Notes under the pieces: generated by a model
Database searches by the model: none
Told to the model about the DNA's origin: nothing
What the model saw: the letters and a program-made list of their open reading frames with translations, nothing else
Shown here: piece by piece, positions 17,257 to 27,014 of the stretch
Numbering within the stretch: position 1 is the stretch's first letter
Layout: every line of letters starts with the position of its first letter
Source of the DNA: Escherichia phage ECML-4
DNA length: 64,000 nt
Strand: one strand, 5' to 3'
Sequence record: JX128257
Program-made: the position numbers and the translations under genes

Positions 17257-17988
17257 ATGTCATATCTACACAGAATTTTTGGTATTGAATTCAGTTCCAA
17301 CAGCGTTCGTTATGACCGCACTCACAAAGACTCCGGCGGCAAGACTGGTTACGAACTTGGATCTCGTTTGGGGTATACTGAAGAGCGCCGCCTGAGTGAA
17401 CAAACTCTTTTCACAGCTATGGGTATTGAATTTGAATCCGAGGCTGCTTTAGATCTGGGGGATGAGGTTCGTTTTGGTAAGCCTGAAGTCTTAGAATTTG
17501 TTGAAGACTTCGTGACAGGTTATACCCATGCCGCTAACAATCGTCGCGCCGCCAATGATGCTGTTGGTAAATTTCATTTTGCTGTGAAATACCTTGCCGA
17601 CAAGCGTATTCAAATGGAAGCCGAATTCAGTGAAGAAAACTTGAAAGCAGTTTTCGGAGAGACTGGCGATTTCCTATTGACAGAAGAATCCGGTACTTCT
17701 TCCGCTCGTCATTTCTTTAGTCAACCGTTTATCGTGAAGGGATGTAAAATTCTGATTGATGAAGAACATGTTTTTGGTATTCATCCGGATGTTGTATACG
17801 ATGAAGAGACGTGTCTGATCATTTCCAGATTGTTTAACAGCCTGGCGTACACTTCATATTCATTGATCGAACGCTGTATGGAAGAAGAGCATCGCCAAGT
17901 TGTTGTCAACAAAATTCGCTTACATGTTGAGCAGAATTTTAATGGATTCCATTGCGCGTCTGGTGAGATTCCAAACTTCTACATGTAA
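17257..17988 (+). CDS. hypothetical protein
   Basis: ORF with GAGG SD. Confidence 0.5.
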   Translation: MSYLHRIFGIEFSSNSVRYDRTHKDSGGKTGYELGSRLGYTEERRLSEQTLFTAMGIEFESEAALDLGDEVRFGKPEVLEFVEDFVTGYTHAANNRRAANDAVGKFHFAVKYLADKRIQMEAEFSEENLKAVFGETGDFLLTEESGTSSARHFFSQPFIVKGCKILIDEEHVFGIHPDVVYDEETCLIISRLFNSLAYTSYSLIERCMEEEHRQVVVNKIRLHVEQNFNGFHCASGEIPNFYM

Positions 17989-18005
17989 AGATATCAGGGG
18001 GCTGT

Positions 18006-18293
18006 ATGAAGAAATATGTTCGTCTGAACACTGTACTTGAATCAGTTATAGAATATTTCATAATGCAGCACCTCAGAGCAGAAAATGAACACGTGAGCGA
18101 CGCTCTGACTTATGATCACCGGATAGTGGTTCATTCCGTCGAAATAGTGGATGACGAATTGTTGATTGCCAATGTTGAGCATGCTCTCTGGGATGAAGTG
18201 TTAGATCAGTACGTTCAACCGAAGTTCACACAGATCGAGTTATCTGCCATGTGGCCACCTGAAACAGTTTTCAATATTGATATACAAAGTTAA
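18006..18293 (+). CDS. hypothetical protein
   Basis: ORF. Confidence 0.45.
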   Translation: MKKYVRLNTVLESVIEYFIMQHLRAENEHVSDALTYDHRIVVHSVEIVDDELLIANVEHALWDEVLDQYVQPKFTQIELSAMWPPETVFNIDIQS

Positions 18294-18466
18294 TATTCAC
18301 GTCAGTCCGCGCTGTACCAGCGTTCCGTTGTCTAACACAGAAGTGTTAACCAACTTTTCAATAAAAAGTGGTTTACATCTTCTAAAAAGGCAGTATATTA
18401 ATGTTCCAGACGCACAGTTGAACATTAAACTGCCAAAGAAGGTTACTACACAAAAGGGTTTTTATT

Positions 18467-19426
18467 ATGTCCTATATTCTTCATATCGAGTCCGGCCTGA
18501 AATTTGAAATTGATGGTAAAACCGCTGCTGATCTTCAAGCAGAAATCAAAGGTGCAGACCTTATCATCGGCAACGTCACGTTACGCCGTATGATGGAAGG
18601 CGTCCTCCAGTCAGCCAACGGCTTTGAACTCATTGAAGGTCTGAGCCAGGAAGAGAAAGAAGAGACTCTCGAAGCTCTTGACCGCGCTGAAGCCGAAAAA
18701 GTTAAACCGACCGAAGATGCGGGGGTTAAACAGGGCGACGGTGAATCAAATCCGGTGATTGACGCCGAAGAAACGGTTGGGCAACCTGTCGGTGATCAAA
18801 ATTCCCAGACCGTCGAAGACGGTTCTCTTGAAGTCAACAAAGACGGCTCCATTTCCCTGGTAGTTGAAGGCGAAGAAGTTCTTGACGAAGAAGCGCAAGC
18901 CCGTGCTGAAGAAGTTCGCCGTCGTATGCTGGGCACAACCGTTGCTGAAGCAATCGCCGACGTTGAAAATCCGAAGGATGATCAGGCTTTAGCGAACGCG
19001 AAGGCGGTTCTGGCCAAGAAATCTTCTGAAATGCGTCCTGCGTCTTCTACTGAAGAACGCAAGCGTCGTCATAACAAACGTGAAGAAATGGTTGAAGCCG
19101 CTCGTGCTTCTAACTATGGTCCAATCCTGGCGGCGGTTGAAGCAGGGGTTACTCCTGAAGTATATTTGAGTTATGTGAACCCTGATATGCGCTGGTTCCA
19201 GTTCCCTGTCACTGAATTGGCAGACGAAGCCAATCCGCATGCCCGCACTAACACCTATGTTGATCTGGCACCTATCGTTTCCGGCGGCTGGGGTTTCAGT
19301 CTGTATGTGAATGGTAAGTCATTCACCAAGCGTCAGAAAATCAAAGAAACTGACGCTGAATCTCTGGTAAAGGCTATCAACGAATGGCTACCTCAGGCGT
19401 TGGCCGAAGCGAAAGCTGCTGCGTAA
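18467..19426 (+). CDS. hypothetical acidic protein
   Basis: Glu/Asp-rich central region; terminator downstream. Confidence 0.5.
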   Translation: MSYILHIESGLKFEIDGKTAADLQAEIKGADLIIGNVTLRRMMEGVLQSANGFELIEGLSQEEKEETLEALDRAEAEKVKPTEDAGVKQGDGESNPVIDAEETVGQPVGDQNSQTVEDGSLEVNKDGSISLVVEGEEVLDEEAQARAEEVRRRMLGTTVAEAIADVENPKDDQALANAKAVLAKKSSEMRPASSTEERKRRHNKREEMVEAARASNYGPILAAVEAGVTPEVYLSYVNPDMRWFQFPVTELADEANPHARTNTYVDLAPIVSGGWGFSLYVNGKSFTKRQKIKETDAESLVKAINEWLPQALAEAKAAA

Positions 19427-19454
19427 TTTAACTCAGAAGCATTCAATAGATGAA

Positions 19455-19485
19455 GGGGCTGCTATAATAGCAGCTCCTTTTGTTT
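19455..19485 (+). terminator. rho-independent terminator
   Basis: GGGGCTGCT-ATAAT-AGCAGCTCC stem followed by TTTTGTTT. Confidence 0.65.
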
Positions 19486-19498
19486 ATTGGAGCACACC

Positions 19499-20161
19499 AT
19501 GTCGTATTCGCTCAAAGGGTTGTTGAAGCGCCCCGTACATCTGTTTGTAAAACCACCTGCTGTCGAAGGGGAATATCCGGCACGAGGAGAGTTGTATTAC
19601 GTTAAAGGCTCCAACGGTAGCGGCAAGTCCACTGTCCCTTCCTATCTGGCGGAGAATGATCCTCAGGCGTATGTCGTGACCTACAATGGCAAGATCATGC
19701 TCACAGTTTGCCCTTCCTATAACATTATCTGTATTGGTAAATATGACAAGTCTAAGTCTAAAGGTGTTGATTCCCTGAAAGATACCGAGCAGATGTTGTT
19801 CGCCTTGTCCATTGCTGATCAGCCGGAATATCTGAAATATGACGTGTTGTTTGAAGGAATCATCCCTTCAACTTTGCTCAGCTCATGGATTCCCCGCCTG
19901 ACGCGCCCACCGCGCGAATTAGTCGTGCTCTTCATGGACACCCCGCTTGAAACCTGTGTTTCCCGTGTGAAATCACGCAACGGCGGCGCAGACTTCAATG
20001 AAAGCCTGGTTGTCGAAAAGTGGGAGAGAGTTCATGACCACCGCCAACGGCATAAAGGCTTGTTCCCTACCGTTCCCGCAGGTATGATGAAGTCCAATGG
20101 CCTGACTATAGAGCAGGCTGTTTTTGCGTTTCTCAATCGTGATTTTGGGAGTATTGATTGA
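19499..20161 (+). CDS. P-loop kinase (PNK/zeta-like; candidate nucleotide or DNA-base kinase)
   Basis: Walker A GSNGSGKST; ATG at 19499 with GGAG SD; directly upstream of and overlapping the thymidylate-synthase homolog. Confidence 0.6.
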   Translation: MSYSLKGLLKRPVHLFVKPPAVEGEYPARGELYYVKGSNGSGKSTVPSYLAENDPQAYVVTYNGKIMLTVCPSYNIICIGKYDKSKSKGVDSLKDTEQMLFALSIADQPEYLKYDVLFEGIIPSTLLSSWIPRLTRPPRELVVLFMDTPLETCVSRVKSRNGGADFNESLVVEKWERVHDHRQRHKGLFPTVPAGMMKSNGLTIEQAVFAFLNRDFGSID

Positions 20162-21201
20162 TGGAAATTTTTGCTTTAAACAATAATGATATGCTGAAGA
20201 AGGCTGTGTTGGCCATCCGTGAACACGGCATTGAGTCAGATCCTGGCAACGCAGAGATTAACACTGACGGCACTCGTTTCATTGATGGTGTAACAATTAC
20301 AGTATCAGATCCACGTGACCGTTGGCTTTCCGTTGAAGGCCGCAACTCGTCGGCAATTGCTGCCATCGGTGAGACATTCTGGGTGTTGTCCGGACGTAAT
20401 GATATCCGTTTCCTTTCGAAAGTCTTACCCCGCGCCGCCAACTTCTCTGATGACGGTGTAACCTGGCGAGGCGCGTATGGCCCACGTCTGTACAATAATG
20501 GCCAGTTGGATAGTGTCATCAGCCGTCTGCGTAATAATCCCAACACCCGTCAGGCGTATCTCACCATCTATGATCCGGCGCTGGACTCAGATGAAGGTTT
20601 GGCCGCCCATAGTGAAACTGGAGAAGCCAAGACCAAGGACATGATCTGTAATCTTGCTCTATTGTTCAGTATAACAGAAGGGCGATTGAATATCACTGTC
20701 ATTAACCGCAGCCAAGATGTCTTGTGGGGCATGAGTTCAATCAATTTCATTGAATTCTCTATCCTGCAAGAAGTTCTGGCGAAAGTGCTGAATGTCGAAG
20801 TTGGGTATTACAAACTGTTTTCTAACAATCTTCATTATTACAACAATGAAGTTAGTCGGAAACAACTCGGGGGTATCACTAAGAAGACCAAAACTTCTTC
20901 TGGGATGTACAATTCTTTGCTGGAATTCTCTTCAGAAAAAGTGAAGTCCCAAAAAGATATTTGTAATCTATTCCTCGGCGTGTTACATCACTGTGACATC
21001 GGCAGTGATTTTGGTAAAATCAGAGAACATCTGAAAGGATATCAAGCAGACACGGGATTGATGATGGATATGTCATATTGCCTGTGGTGTCGACTCAATG
21101 ATACCAAAATTGACAAACGCCGTATCGCTGATGACGGTCTTCGTACTGCATTACTGCATTCCCCTGTTGATCAGAAATTTATGTGGGGGTATGGCGAATG
21201 A
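20161..21201 (+). CDS. thymidylate synthase family enzyme (divergent; candidate pyrimidine hydroxymethylase)
   Basis: TS-family motifs (ETFWVLSGRND, RQAYLTIYDP, RSQDVLWGMSSINF); Cys-Asn instead of Cys-His at the nucleophile motif; about 80 aa C-terminal extension. Confidence 0.8.
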   Translation: MEIFALNNNDMLKKAVLAIREHGIESDPGNAEINTDGTRFIDGVTITVSDPRDRWLSVEGRNSSAIAAIGETFWVLSGRNDIRFLSKVLPRAANFSDDGVTWRGAYGPRLYNNGQLDSVISRLRNNPNTRQAYLTIYDPALDSDEGLAAHSETGEAKTKDMICNLALLFSITEGRLNITVINRSQDVLWGMSSINFIEFSILQEVLAKVLNVEVGYYKLFSNNLHYYNNEVSRKQLGGITKKTKTSSGMYNSLLEFSSEKVKSQKDICNLFLGVLHHCDIGSDFGKIREHLKGYQADTGLMMDMSYCLWCRLNDTKIDKRRIADDGLRTALLHSPVDQKFMWGYGE

Positions 21202-21767
21202 TGTACCAGAACCTTGAATTCTTCACGGGGCGCAAGCGCTCCGGCAAGGACTTCTGTTTGGAGTCCCTGATCAGTTTTCATCATATTCAGGGTGATAAGG
21301 ATATTCGTCGTCTGTCTTTCTCAGATGAACTGCGACGTGTCGCCAATTTCATCTACCCATGGCTACCAGCGGAGGTGGAGGATGCCGTGAAGGACGTTCC
21401 ATTCGTACACCCTGATAACCCCAAGGGCTTAACCCCACGGCAGATCTGGCTTCATCTGGGCAGCGATACGGGATTGCGTTATGTACAACCAGACCTGTTC
21501 CTGTCATTCTTTAAACGATATCAACTTCCTTTGGTGGAGCAGAACCCACACGTTCATTATATCGTGAGTGATTTGCGCACCCCTCAGGAATATGAATGGG
21601 CGCTGAGCACTAAATGTCCCATCACCCGCATTTCAAAGGCGGATCGCGGTGGTATCATAGAGGATGACATTGAGGCTTTCATTGATAAGATGGAAGTTGA
21701 TTATGAATTTGTCAATCCGTTTGAAGGTTGGCAACCGTTCGTCAAATTTTATAGGGATCGGAAATGA
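21198..21767 (+). CDS. deoxynucleoside monophosphate kinase (T4 gp1-like)
   Basis: GRKRSGKD P-loop variant characteristic of T4 dNMP kinase; ATGA overlap with the previous gene. Confidence 0.7.
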   Translation: MMYQNLEFFTGRKRSGKDFCLESLISFHHIQGDKDIRRLSFSDELRRVANFIYPWLPAEVEDAVKDVPFVHPDNPKGLTPRQIWLHLGSDTGLRYVQPDLFLSFFKRYQLPLVEQNPHVHYIVSDLRTPQEYEWALSTKCPITRISKADRGGIIEDDIEAFIDKMEVDYEFVNPFEGWQPFVKFYRDRK

Positions 21768-22309
21768 TCACAGCAGAGCATATTAAAAGTCTGCTCGAAC
21801 TTCAAAAGGCCACCAACGTGGCCTACTTTGGGGAAGAGTGGCGTAAACATTGGACTGAGGTTGCGGTGGTGAATTCTATCTATCGTGAGTGGGCTGAATT
21901 CCTTGACGAAGTTTCCAGCAGTTGGAAAATCTACGGCAATGACCAGCAATGGCACCAAGTGGATGCGGTGTATGAACTAGTGGACGTGGTTCATTTTATG
22001 TTGTGCGCCGTACTGCAGGAAGAAGAAAAGCCACACGATATCCCAGAAATGGTTCGATTCGTGCAGACACAACCAATCCAAAAACCGCATGACCTCAGGA
22101 AAGTGACTGAACTGTTCACGTACTTCATGTCTCATCCTGAACGTAACGTGTTGGCTACCTTCTTGGCGTGTGCTTGTGGTTATCTAGGACTGGACGCCGA
22201 AACTTACATGCTGGCACACAAACGCAAAAATGATCGCAATCGGCTGCGTGCTGCTGGCGGTGCGAACTACGATAAGTCCGCAGAAACCCCTCTGACCCTG
22301 GAGTTCTAA
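21764..22309 (+). CDS. dimeric all-alpha dUTPase/dCTPase-like NTP pyrophosphatase
   Basis: EWAEFLDE ... WK ... ELVDVVHF pattern of the dimeric dUTPase family. Confidence 0.6.
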   Translation: MITAEHIKSLLELQKATNVAYFGEEWRKHWTEVAVVNSIYREWAEFLDEVSSSWKIYGNDQQWHQVDAVYELVDVVHFMLCAVLQEEEKPHDIPEMVRFVQTQPIQKPHDLRKVTELFTYFMSHPERNVLATFLACACGYLGLDAETYMLAHKRKNDRNRLRAAGGANYDKSAETPLTLEF

Positions 22310-22839
22310 TGTTTACAGTTGTCGTATCATATTATGCGGAACATGCCCCGCGCATGGCAGAGAACTTCGCTGAGTTTATTAAACCAGGCGGTCATGTCGT
22401 TATTGCGACCAATTTCAAGAAAGAGCCAGATGGTGCGGCTACTGTAACACAACATATTACAACCAAAGAGCCGGAAACACTTTTTAAACGCATTGAAGAT
22501 TTTGCTTTTGGCGGGGAAGAAATTCCAGAGTCATTACAGCATATCTATTTTGAAGATGCGATATATTATGTTCATGCTATACCAAAAGATGTTACAACCG
22601 AACAACTAATGTATGTTTTGAATATTGCGTTAAATTTGTCATGTGTCAATAGGGCACAGCATAATCGTCTGCGCAATATGTATTTAACAGAACGCGGGGG
22701 TTCCGGAATCAGTGATGAAAAACTCCCGTCGGTAATGGCAATTCAAGAAGCAATTAACATATTGTCCAAGAAAGTCTTGGGCACCGATTTATTAATCACG
22801 ATCAACAAGCAAGAGGAAACGAAATGGCCGATTCATTGA
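22309..22839 (+). CDS. hypothetical protein
   Basis: ORF with start/stop overlap. Confidence 0.5.
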   Translation: MFTVVVSYYAEHAPRMAENFAEFIKPGGHVVIATNFKKEPDGAATVTQHITTKEPETLFKRIEDFAFGGEEIPESLQHIYFEDAIYYVHAIPKDVTTEQLMYVLNIALNLSCVNRAQHNRLRNMYLTERGGSGISDEKLPSVMAIQEAINILSKKVLGTDLLITINKQEETKWPIH

Positions 22840-23909
22840 TGGCTCGCATGCTCAAGACAGCAAAGAAACTGGACCCGAATGCCGAAGTGCTGTCAAAGAC
22901 CGATGCGTTGAAGCCTGACATTATTTGCAGTACGGGTATTCCTATTCTGAATTTGGCCTGGTCCGGTCGTATTGATGGTGGTCTGATATCAGGCATCAAA
23001 CAGTTGGTGGGGGATTCTCGTACATTCAAAACCATGTTTGGGCTGGTGGATGTTAAGGCTTACATGGATAAATTTCCTGATGCAATTTGTATCTTCGCGG
23101 ATTCCGAAGGCGGTGCGAATGAAAACTACTGGACATCTATGGGTATTGACATGGACCGTGTCTTGTATCTGCCGATTGAAAACGTTGAAAAGACGAAGAT
23201 TAAGCTGACACAGCTTCTGAATGATGCTCAGAAAGGTGACAAGATCATCGTATTCATCGACTCAATCAGCCAGTTGCCGTCTACCAAAGAAGTTGACGAT
23301 GCTATCGCGGGCAAAGACACACAAGATATGACTCGCGCTCGCGCTCTCAATAGTTTTTGGCGTGTTATCACTCCGTTGGTCACTGAAAAGAAATTCGTTT
23401 TGGTATGGATCAACTCGTACTATGATGAAATCGGGAACCAATACGCCGAGCCGAACATCAAAGGCGGTAAACAGGGGTTCCTGTCTTCTAACCAATTGTG
23501 GTTCATCACCCGTTCTCAAGTTAAGGAAGACAAAGATCTTCTGGGTTGGCAATTCACTGTTAACATCATGAAAGGTCGCTTTGTCCGTGAAAAATCCAAG
23601 TTCCCTGTCACTGTGTTGTACGAAGGCGGTATTGACCGTTGGTCCGGTATGTTAGAAATTGCGCGCATGCTGGGGTATGTGGATTTGGTGAGTGGTTCTT
23701 GGTATCAACGTACTGCCAAAGGCGGGTTTGATCCAGAAAAAGAAAAGAAATATCGTAAGGCAGAGCTGGGGGATGACTTCTGGTATCCGTTGCTGGAAAA
23801 CCCAGACTTTGTTGACGATGTGAACAACATGTTCGGTATCTCCCAGAGTTCGGTTATGCCTGCAGATATGCTGGAGCGCCTCGATCATGTCATCAAAACA
23901 ACCGAGTAA
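22824..23909 (+). CDS. uvsX: recombinase UvsX (RecA-like)
   Basis: Colinear similarity to T4 UvsX (ILNLAWSGRIDGG, FIDSISQL, DMTRARAL, KSKFPV); AGAGGAAA SD. Confidence 0.9.
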   Translation: MADSLMARMLKTAKKLDPNAEVLSKTDALKPDIICSTGIPILNLAWSGRIDGGLISGIKQLVGDSRTFKTMFGLVDVKAYMDKFPDAICIFADSEGGANENYWTSMGIDMDRVLYLPIENVEKTKIKLTQLLNDAQKGDKIIVFIDSISQLPSTKEVDDAIAGKDTQDMTRARALNSFWRVITPLVTEKKFVLVWINSYYDEIGNQYAEPNIKGGKQGFLSSNQLWFITRSQVKEDKDLLGWQFTVNIMKGRFVREKSKFPVTVLYEGGIDRWSGMLEIARMLGYVDLVSGSWYQRTAKGGFDPEKEKKYRKAELGDDFWYPLLENPDFVDDVNNMFGISQSSVMPADMLERLDHVIKTTE

Positions 23910-24216
23910 TATTGCAGGGGGAGGAGACTCCCCCGTTAATTACAAAATCATCGACCCTGGTTCTGATCAGTTAGCTATTATCGAAATAACGGAAGGCAAG
24001 TTCCGCGGTGTTCAATTTCGTATAGGAAAAGTGGGTGTCCATGTAGACAATGGAGAACCTCGGTTATCCTTTACGACGGATATATTGAAGAAACCATGGC
24101 GTTTGTTATTTGTTAATTTGAAAGAAAATGACTTGTTCACTGTGGTGTCTGGGGATATCTTAGTTGATCTGATACAGCAAAATGCTCAGGATTACAACAA
24201 AATTTTGGTGGGGTGA
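23887..24216 (+). CDS. hypothetical protein
   Basis: ORF overlapping the uvsX stop. Confidence 0.45.
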   Translation: MSSKQPSNIAGGGDSPVNYKIIDPGSDQLAIIEITEGKFRGVQFRIGKVGVHVDNGEPRLSFTTDILKKPWRLLFVNLKENDLFTVVSGDILVDLIQQNAQDYNKILVG

Positions 24217-24228
24217 GTCTGGAGTCCT

Positions 24229-24711
24229 ATGTTAACACAGCAGTCTCTTAAAGAAATACTACATTATAATGAAGACACTGGTTGGTTTACATGGTTGGTG
24301 GACCGTGGTGGTACTGCTAAAGCCGGAACTCGAGCGGGTTCTTTGAAACCTGACGGATACAGGGCAATAAGAATCGGAGATAAGAAATATTTAGAACATA
24401 GATTAGCATTTCTCTACAAAACTGGTTCTTGGCCGAAGAAATTAGTTGATCACAAAAACCGGATAAGGGACGACAATCGTTGGTTGAACTTGAGAGAATC
24501 CAATAAAAGTCAGAATGCGGTCAACACAGATTTGTACAGCCATAATACCACAGGTGCGAGAGGCGTGTTTCGATACAAGGGTAGGTGGTGCGTGCAAATC
24601 AGAGTTGACGGGAAATATAGATCGTTCGGGTATTACAATGAATTCGAAGAAGCAAAGGAAATGGCAGACAAGGTCTACAAAGATTTGTTCGGAGAATTTT
24701 ATCAAGGCTAG
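24229..24711 (+). CDS. HNH homing endonuclease with AP2-type DNA-binding domain
   Basis: HNH motif (DHKNRIRDDNRWLNLRE) plus AP2-like C-terminal domain; free-standing between uvsX and the helicase. Confidence 0.75.
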   Translation: MLTQQSLKEILHYNEDTGWFTWLVDRGGTAKAGTRAGSLKPDGYRAIRIGDKKYLEHRLAFLYKTGSWPKKLVDHKNRIRDDNRWLNLRESNKSQNAVNTDLYSHNTTGARGVFRYKGRWCVQIRVDGKYRSFGYYNEFEEAKEMADKVYKDLFGEFYQG

Positions 24712-24751
24712 TGATTGTCCTCTGTCAAACCAAATAATTTAGGAACACAAT

Positions 24752-26176
24752 ATGTTACTCGAATCTGTCGTGCTTTCCCAATTAATCTACAATGAAGAAT
24801 ATCAAAGAAAGATCCAGCCGTATTTGAAAGCCGATTATTTCGATAACGAAGGCGAGAAGATTATATTTGGTCTTATAGACCATTACACTTGCGAATATAA
24901 TGCTCGTCCTTCGGTTGAAGCGCTGTCTATTATGCTGGAAAAGACTTCGCTCAATGAACACGTATTTGATCAGGCCATTTCTGCTCTTGAAAATATTAAT
25001 GACAATACTTTTCATCAGGACTGGTTAGTAAAAGAAACAGAAAGTTGGGCGCGTCAAAAAGCTGTTCATAACGCAATTAGACAAGCCGTTAACATATACG
25101 GCGATGAGAAACGCAAAGATGAGATGAACAACATCCCTACTTTGCTGCAAGAAGCCCTGGCGATTCAGTTTGATTCATATCTCGGCCATATCTATTGGGA
25201 AATGGCTGAGCAACAATACGACCACATGAACTCTAATGAAGCGAAGATCCCTTTCGCCGTAGAGATATTCAACAAAGCAACTCGTGGTGGTGTTGGCAAG
25301 AAGACATTGAACATCGTTACAGGCGCAATCAACGCAGGTAAGACAACAACTCTGATTGATTTGGCTGCTGGTTATGCTGAGCAGGGGTTGAATGTATTCG
25401 TATTCACCCTCGAAGTGGCCGAGAACGTCTGGCGTCACCGCCTTGATGCCCGTATGATGCGCAGGGACTTCGAGTCCTTAGAGAAGCTCTCACGGCACGA
25501 GTATATTGCCACCATACAAAAACTGAGAACCCGTCAAGACGGTTCTATGAAGGGTGATATTGTTATCAAGGAATATCCTTCGGGCGCGGGGCATACAGGT
25601 TTATATCGTCGCGATATTCTTGATTATGCGACTGCAACAGGAATTACGCCTGATGTTATCATCATTGACTACCTGGGGGAATCTGCGTCTTCTCGCCTTC
25701 CCGCTCACTTGATGCAAAACACCAACGTGTATTATACATCCGTGGCGCGGGAATTCCGTGCTCTTGGGTTTGAGTTTGATTGCCCTGTTTGGACAGGCAT
25801 GCAGTTTAACCGTGAAAAGCAATCAGCAACTGATGGTGATATCAGTGACTTGGCAGACGCTATCGGTATCCCGAAGGTCGCTGACTTTATCATGGCGTTT
25901 TATGCCCCAGACGAACTGGCGGCTGTTAAGAAAGCCAGAGCATCAATCTTGAAAAATCGTTATGCCAACAAGCAGAAACTCAAATCTTTCTTGTTCGGTA
26001 TGGACCAAGATAAACAGATCTTGTTCGACTTGGACTGGAATGAAGTCAAACGAGACCTGACTGATGAAGAAGCCCGTTATGTTGAAAACGTGCATATCAA
26101 GCATGACTTGAATAAAACGGGGGACTCAAATGATGTTAAAAAAGCCGAGACCGTCAATAGTTGGAATTTCGGTTAA
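24752..26176 (+). CDS. gp41: replicative DNA helicase, DnaB family (T4 gp41-like)
   Basis: 474 aa; Walker A GAINAGKTT and DnaB-like C-terminal ATPase architecture. Confidence 0.85.
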   Translation: MLLESVVLSQLIYNEEYQRKIQPYLKADYFDNEGEKIIFGLIDHYTCEYNARPSVEALSIMLEKTSLNEHVFDQAISALENINDNTFHQDWLVKETESWARQKAVHNAIRQAVNIYGDEKRKDEMNNIPTLLQEALAIQFDSYLGHIYWEMAEQQYDHMNSNEAKIPFAVEIFNKATRGGVGKKTLNIVTGAINAGKTTTLIDLAAGYAEQGLNVFVFTLEVAENVWRHRLDARMMRRDFESLEKLSRHEYIATIQKLRTRQDGSMKGDIVIKEYPSGAGHTGLYRRDILDYATATGITPDVIIIDYLGESASSRLPAHLMQNTNVYYTSVAREFRALGFEFDCPVWTGMQFNREKQSATDGDISDLADAIGIPKVADFIMAFYAPDELAAVKKARASILKNRYANKQKLKSFLFGMDQDKQILFDLDWNEVKRDLTDEEARYVENVHIKHDLNKTGDSNDVKKAETVNSWNFG

Positions 26177-26239
26177 CTTCAATAATGGTGGTCATAGGGT
26201 ATAATCTCTATGATCTGAATATTAACCCAGGAGCACATC

Positions 26240-26572
26240 ATGTCGGATGTTGCATTTATAGCTGACCTGATTCAGGCGGCACAACAGGTGTGCCAGTCTG
26301 GACAAACCAGTCTCAGTCTGTCTACAGAGCAGACATTGGAATTTTACAAGAATCGACGGCATTGGGGTAAGGCTGTTAAGATACATTGCGAACCAGGAGA
26401 ATTGGTTCAGCTCGATCTTCCATCTTTCCCGTTGCCAGTGCAGACCAATACTCAGGAATATTATAAAGTTGAAGGTGTCGACATTATTCCTAAGTTTGGT
26501 TTCCACAGTATCGTTTATTTCTTCCTGCGCCGTTTGGGGACCAGTATTGGCCCACTCGGTTCTCGTCATTAA
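26240..26572 (+). CDS. hypothetical protein
   Basis: ORF with AGGAG SD. Confidence 0.45.
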   Translation: MSDVAFIADLIQAAQQVCQSGQTSLSLSTEQTLEFYKNRRHWGKAVKIHCEPGELVQLDLPSFPLPVQTNTQEYYKVEGVDIIPKFGFHSIVYFFLRRLGTSIGPLGSRH

Positions 26573-26584
26573 TGAGGATATGTT

Positions 26585-26896
26585 ATGTCAGTTGAACAAA
26601 TCGGGTTTTACCAACTTCCTTCTGATCCCAAGCTGCGTCAAAAGATGATGCAGACATTGGAAAATTGCCGCGCCGCCCAGATCCGTATCAAGTCTGAACA
26701 GACATTTGTTACCGAAGCTCTGGCCGAATTGGCAAAAGAAACAGGCATCAAAGCCGTTGATCTGCGCAAAGTCGTTACTGACCGCGCTGGCGGAACATAC
26801 ACCAAGACCATCGAGACCAGCGCCAAATACCAAGATCTCTATGAGTCTCTGTATCCTAATGCAGCGCCTGATCGCGCAGCCGATCCTCAGCCATAA
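26585..26896 (+). CDS. hypothetical protein
   Basis: ORF with GAGGA SD. Confidence 0.45.
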   Translation: MSVEQIGFYQLPSDPKLRQKMMQTLENCRAAQIRIKSEQTFVTEALAELAKETGIKAVDLRKVVTDRAGGTYTKTIETSAKYQDLYESLYPNAAPDRAADPQP

Positions 26897-26906
26897 ATCC
26901 CCCAGA

Positions 26907-26935
26907 AAGCCCAACAATTTGTTGGGCTTTTTATT
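26907..26935 (+). terminator. rho-independent terminator
   Basis: AAGCCCAAC-AATTT-GTTGGGCTT stem followed by TTTTATTT. Confidence 0.75.
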
Positions 26936-26942
26936 TGAAACC

Positions 26943-26971
26943 TTTACTTCAATAAAACATACGGCTATCAT
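26943..26971 (+). promoter_or_regulatory. candidate early promoter (TTTACT, 17 bp spacer, TATCAT)
   Basis: Same layout as the 390-418 site, including the TTCAATAA spacer motif. Confidence 0.35.
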
Positions 26972-27014
26972 TTAACCTACTTTGAAAAGTTTCACTATAT
27001 CATGAGAGGCAAAT

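Noticed and set aside
20161-21201. Possible intron or intein in the thymidylate-synthase homolog (347 aa is longer than typical ThyA)
   Set aside because: The ORF is continuous and the extra length is a C-terminal extension rather than an internal insertion; no group I intron-like structure or intein splice motifs seen.
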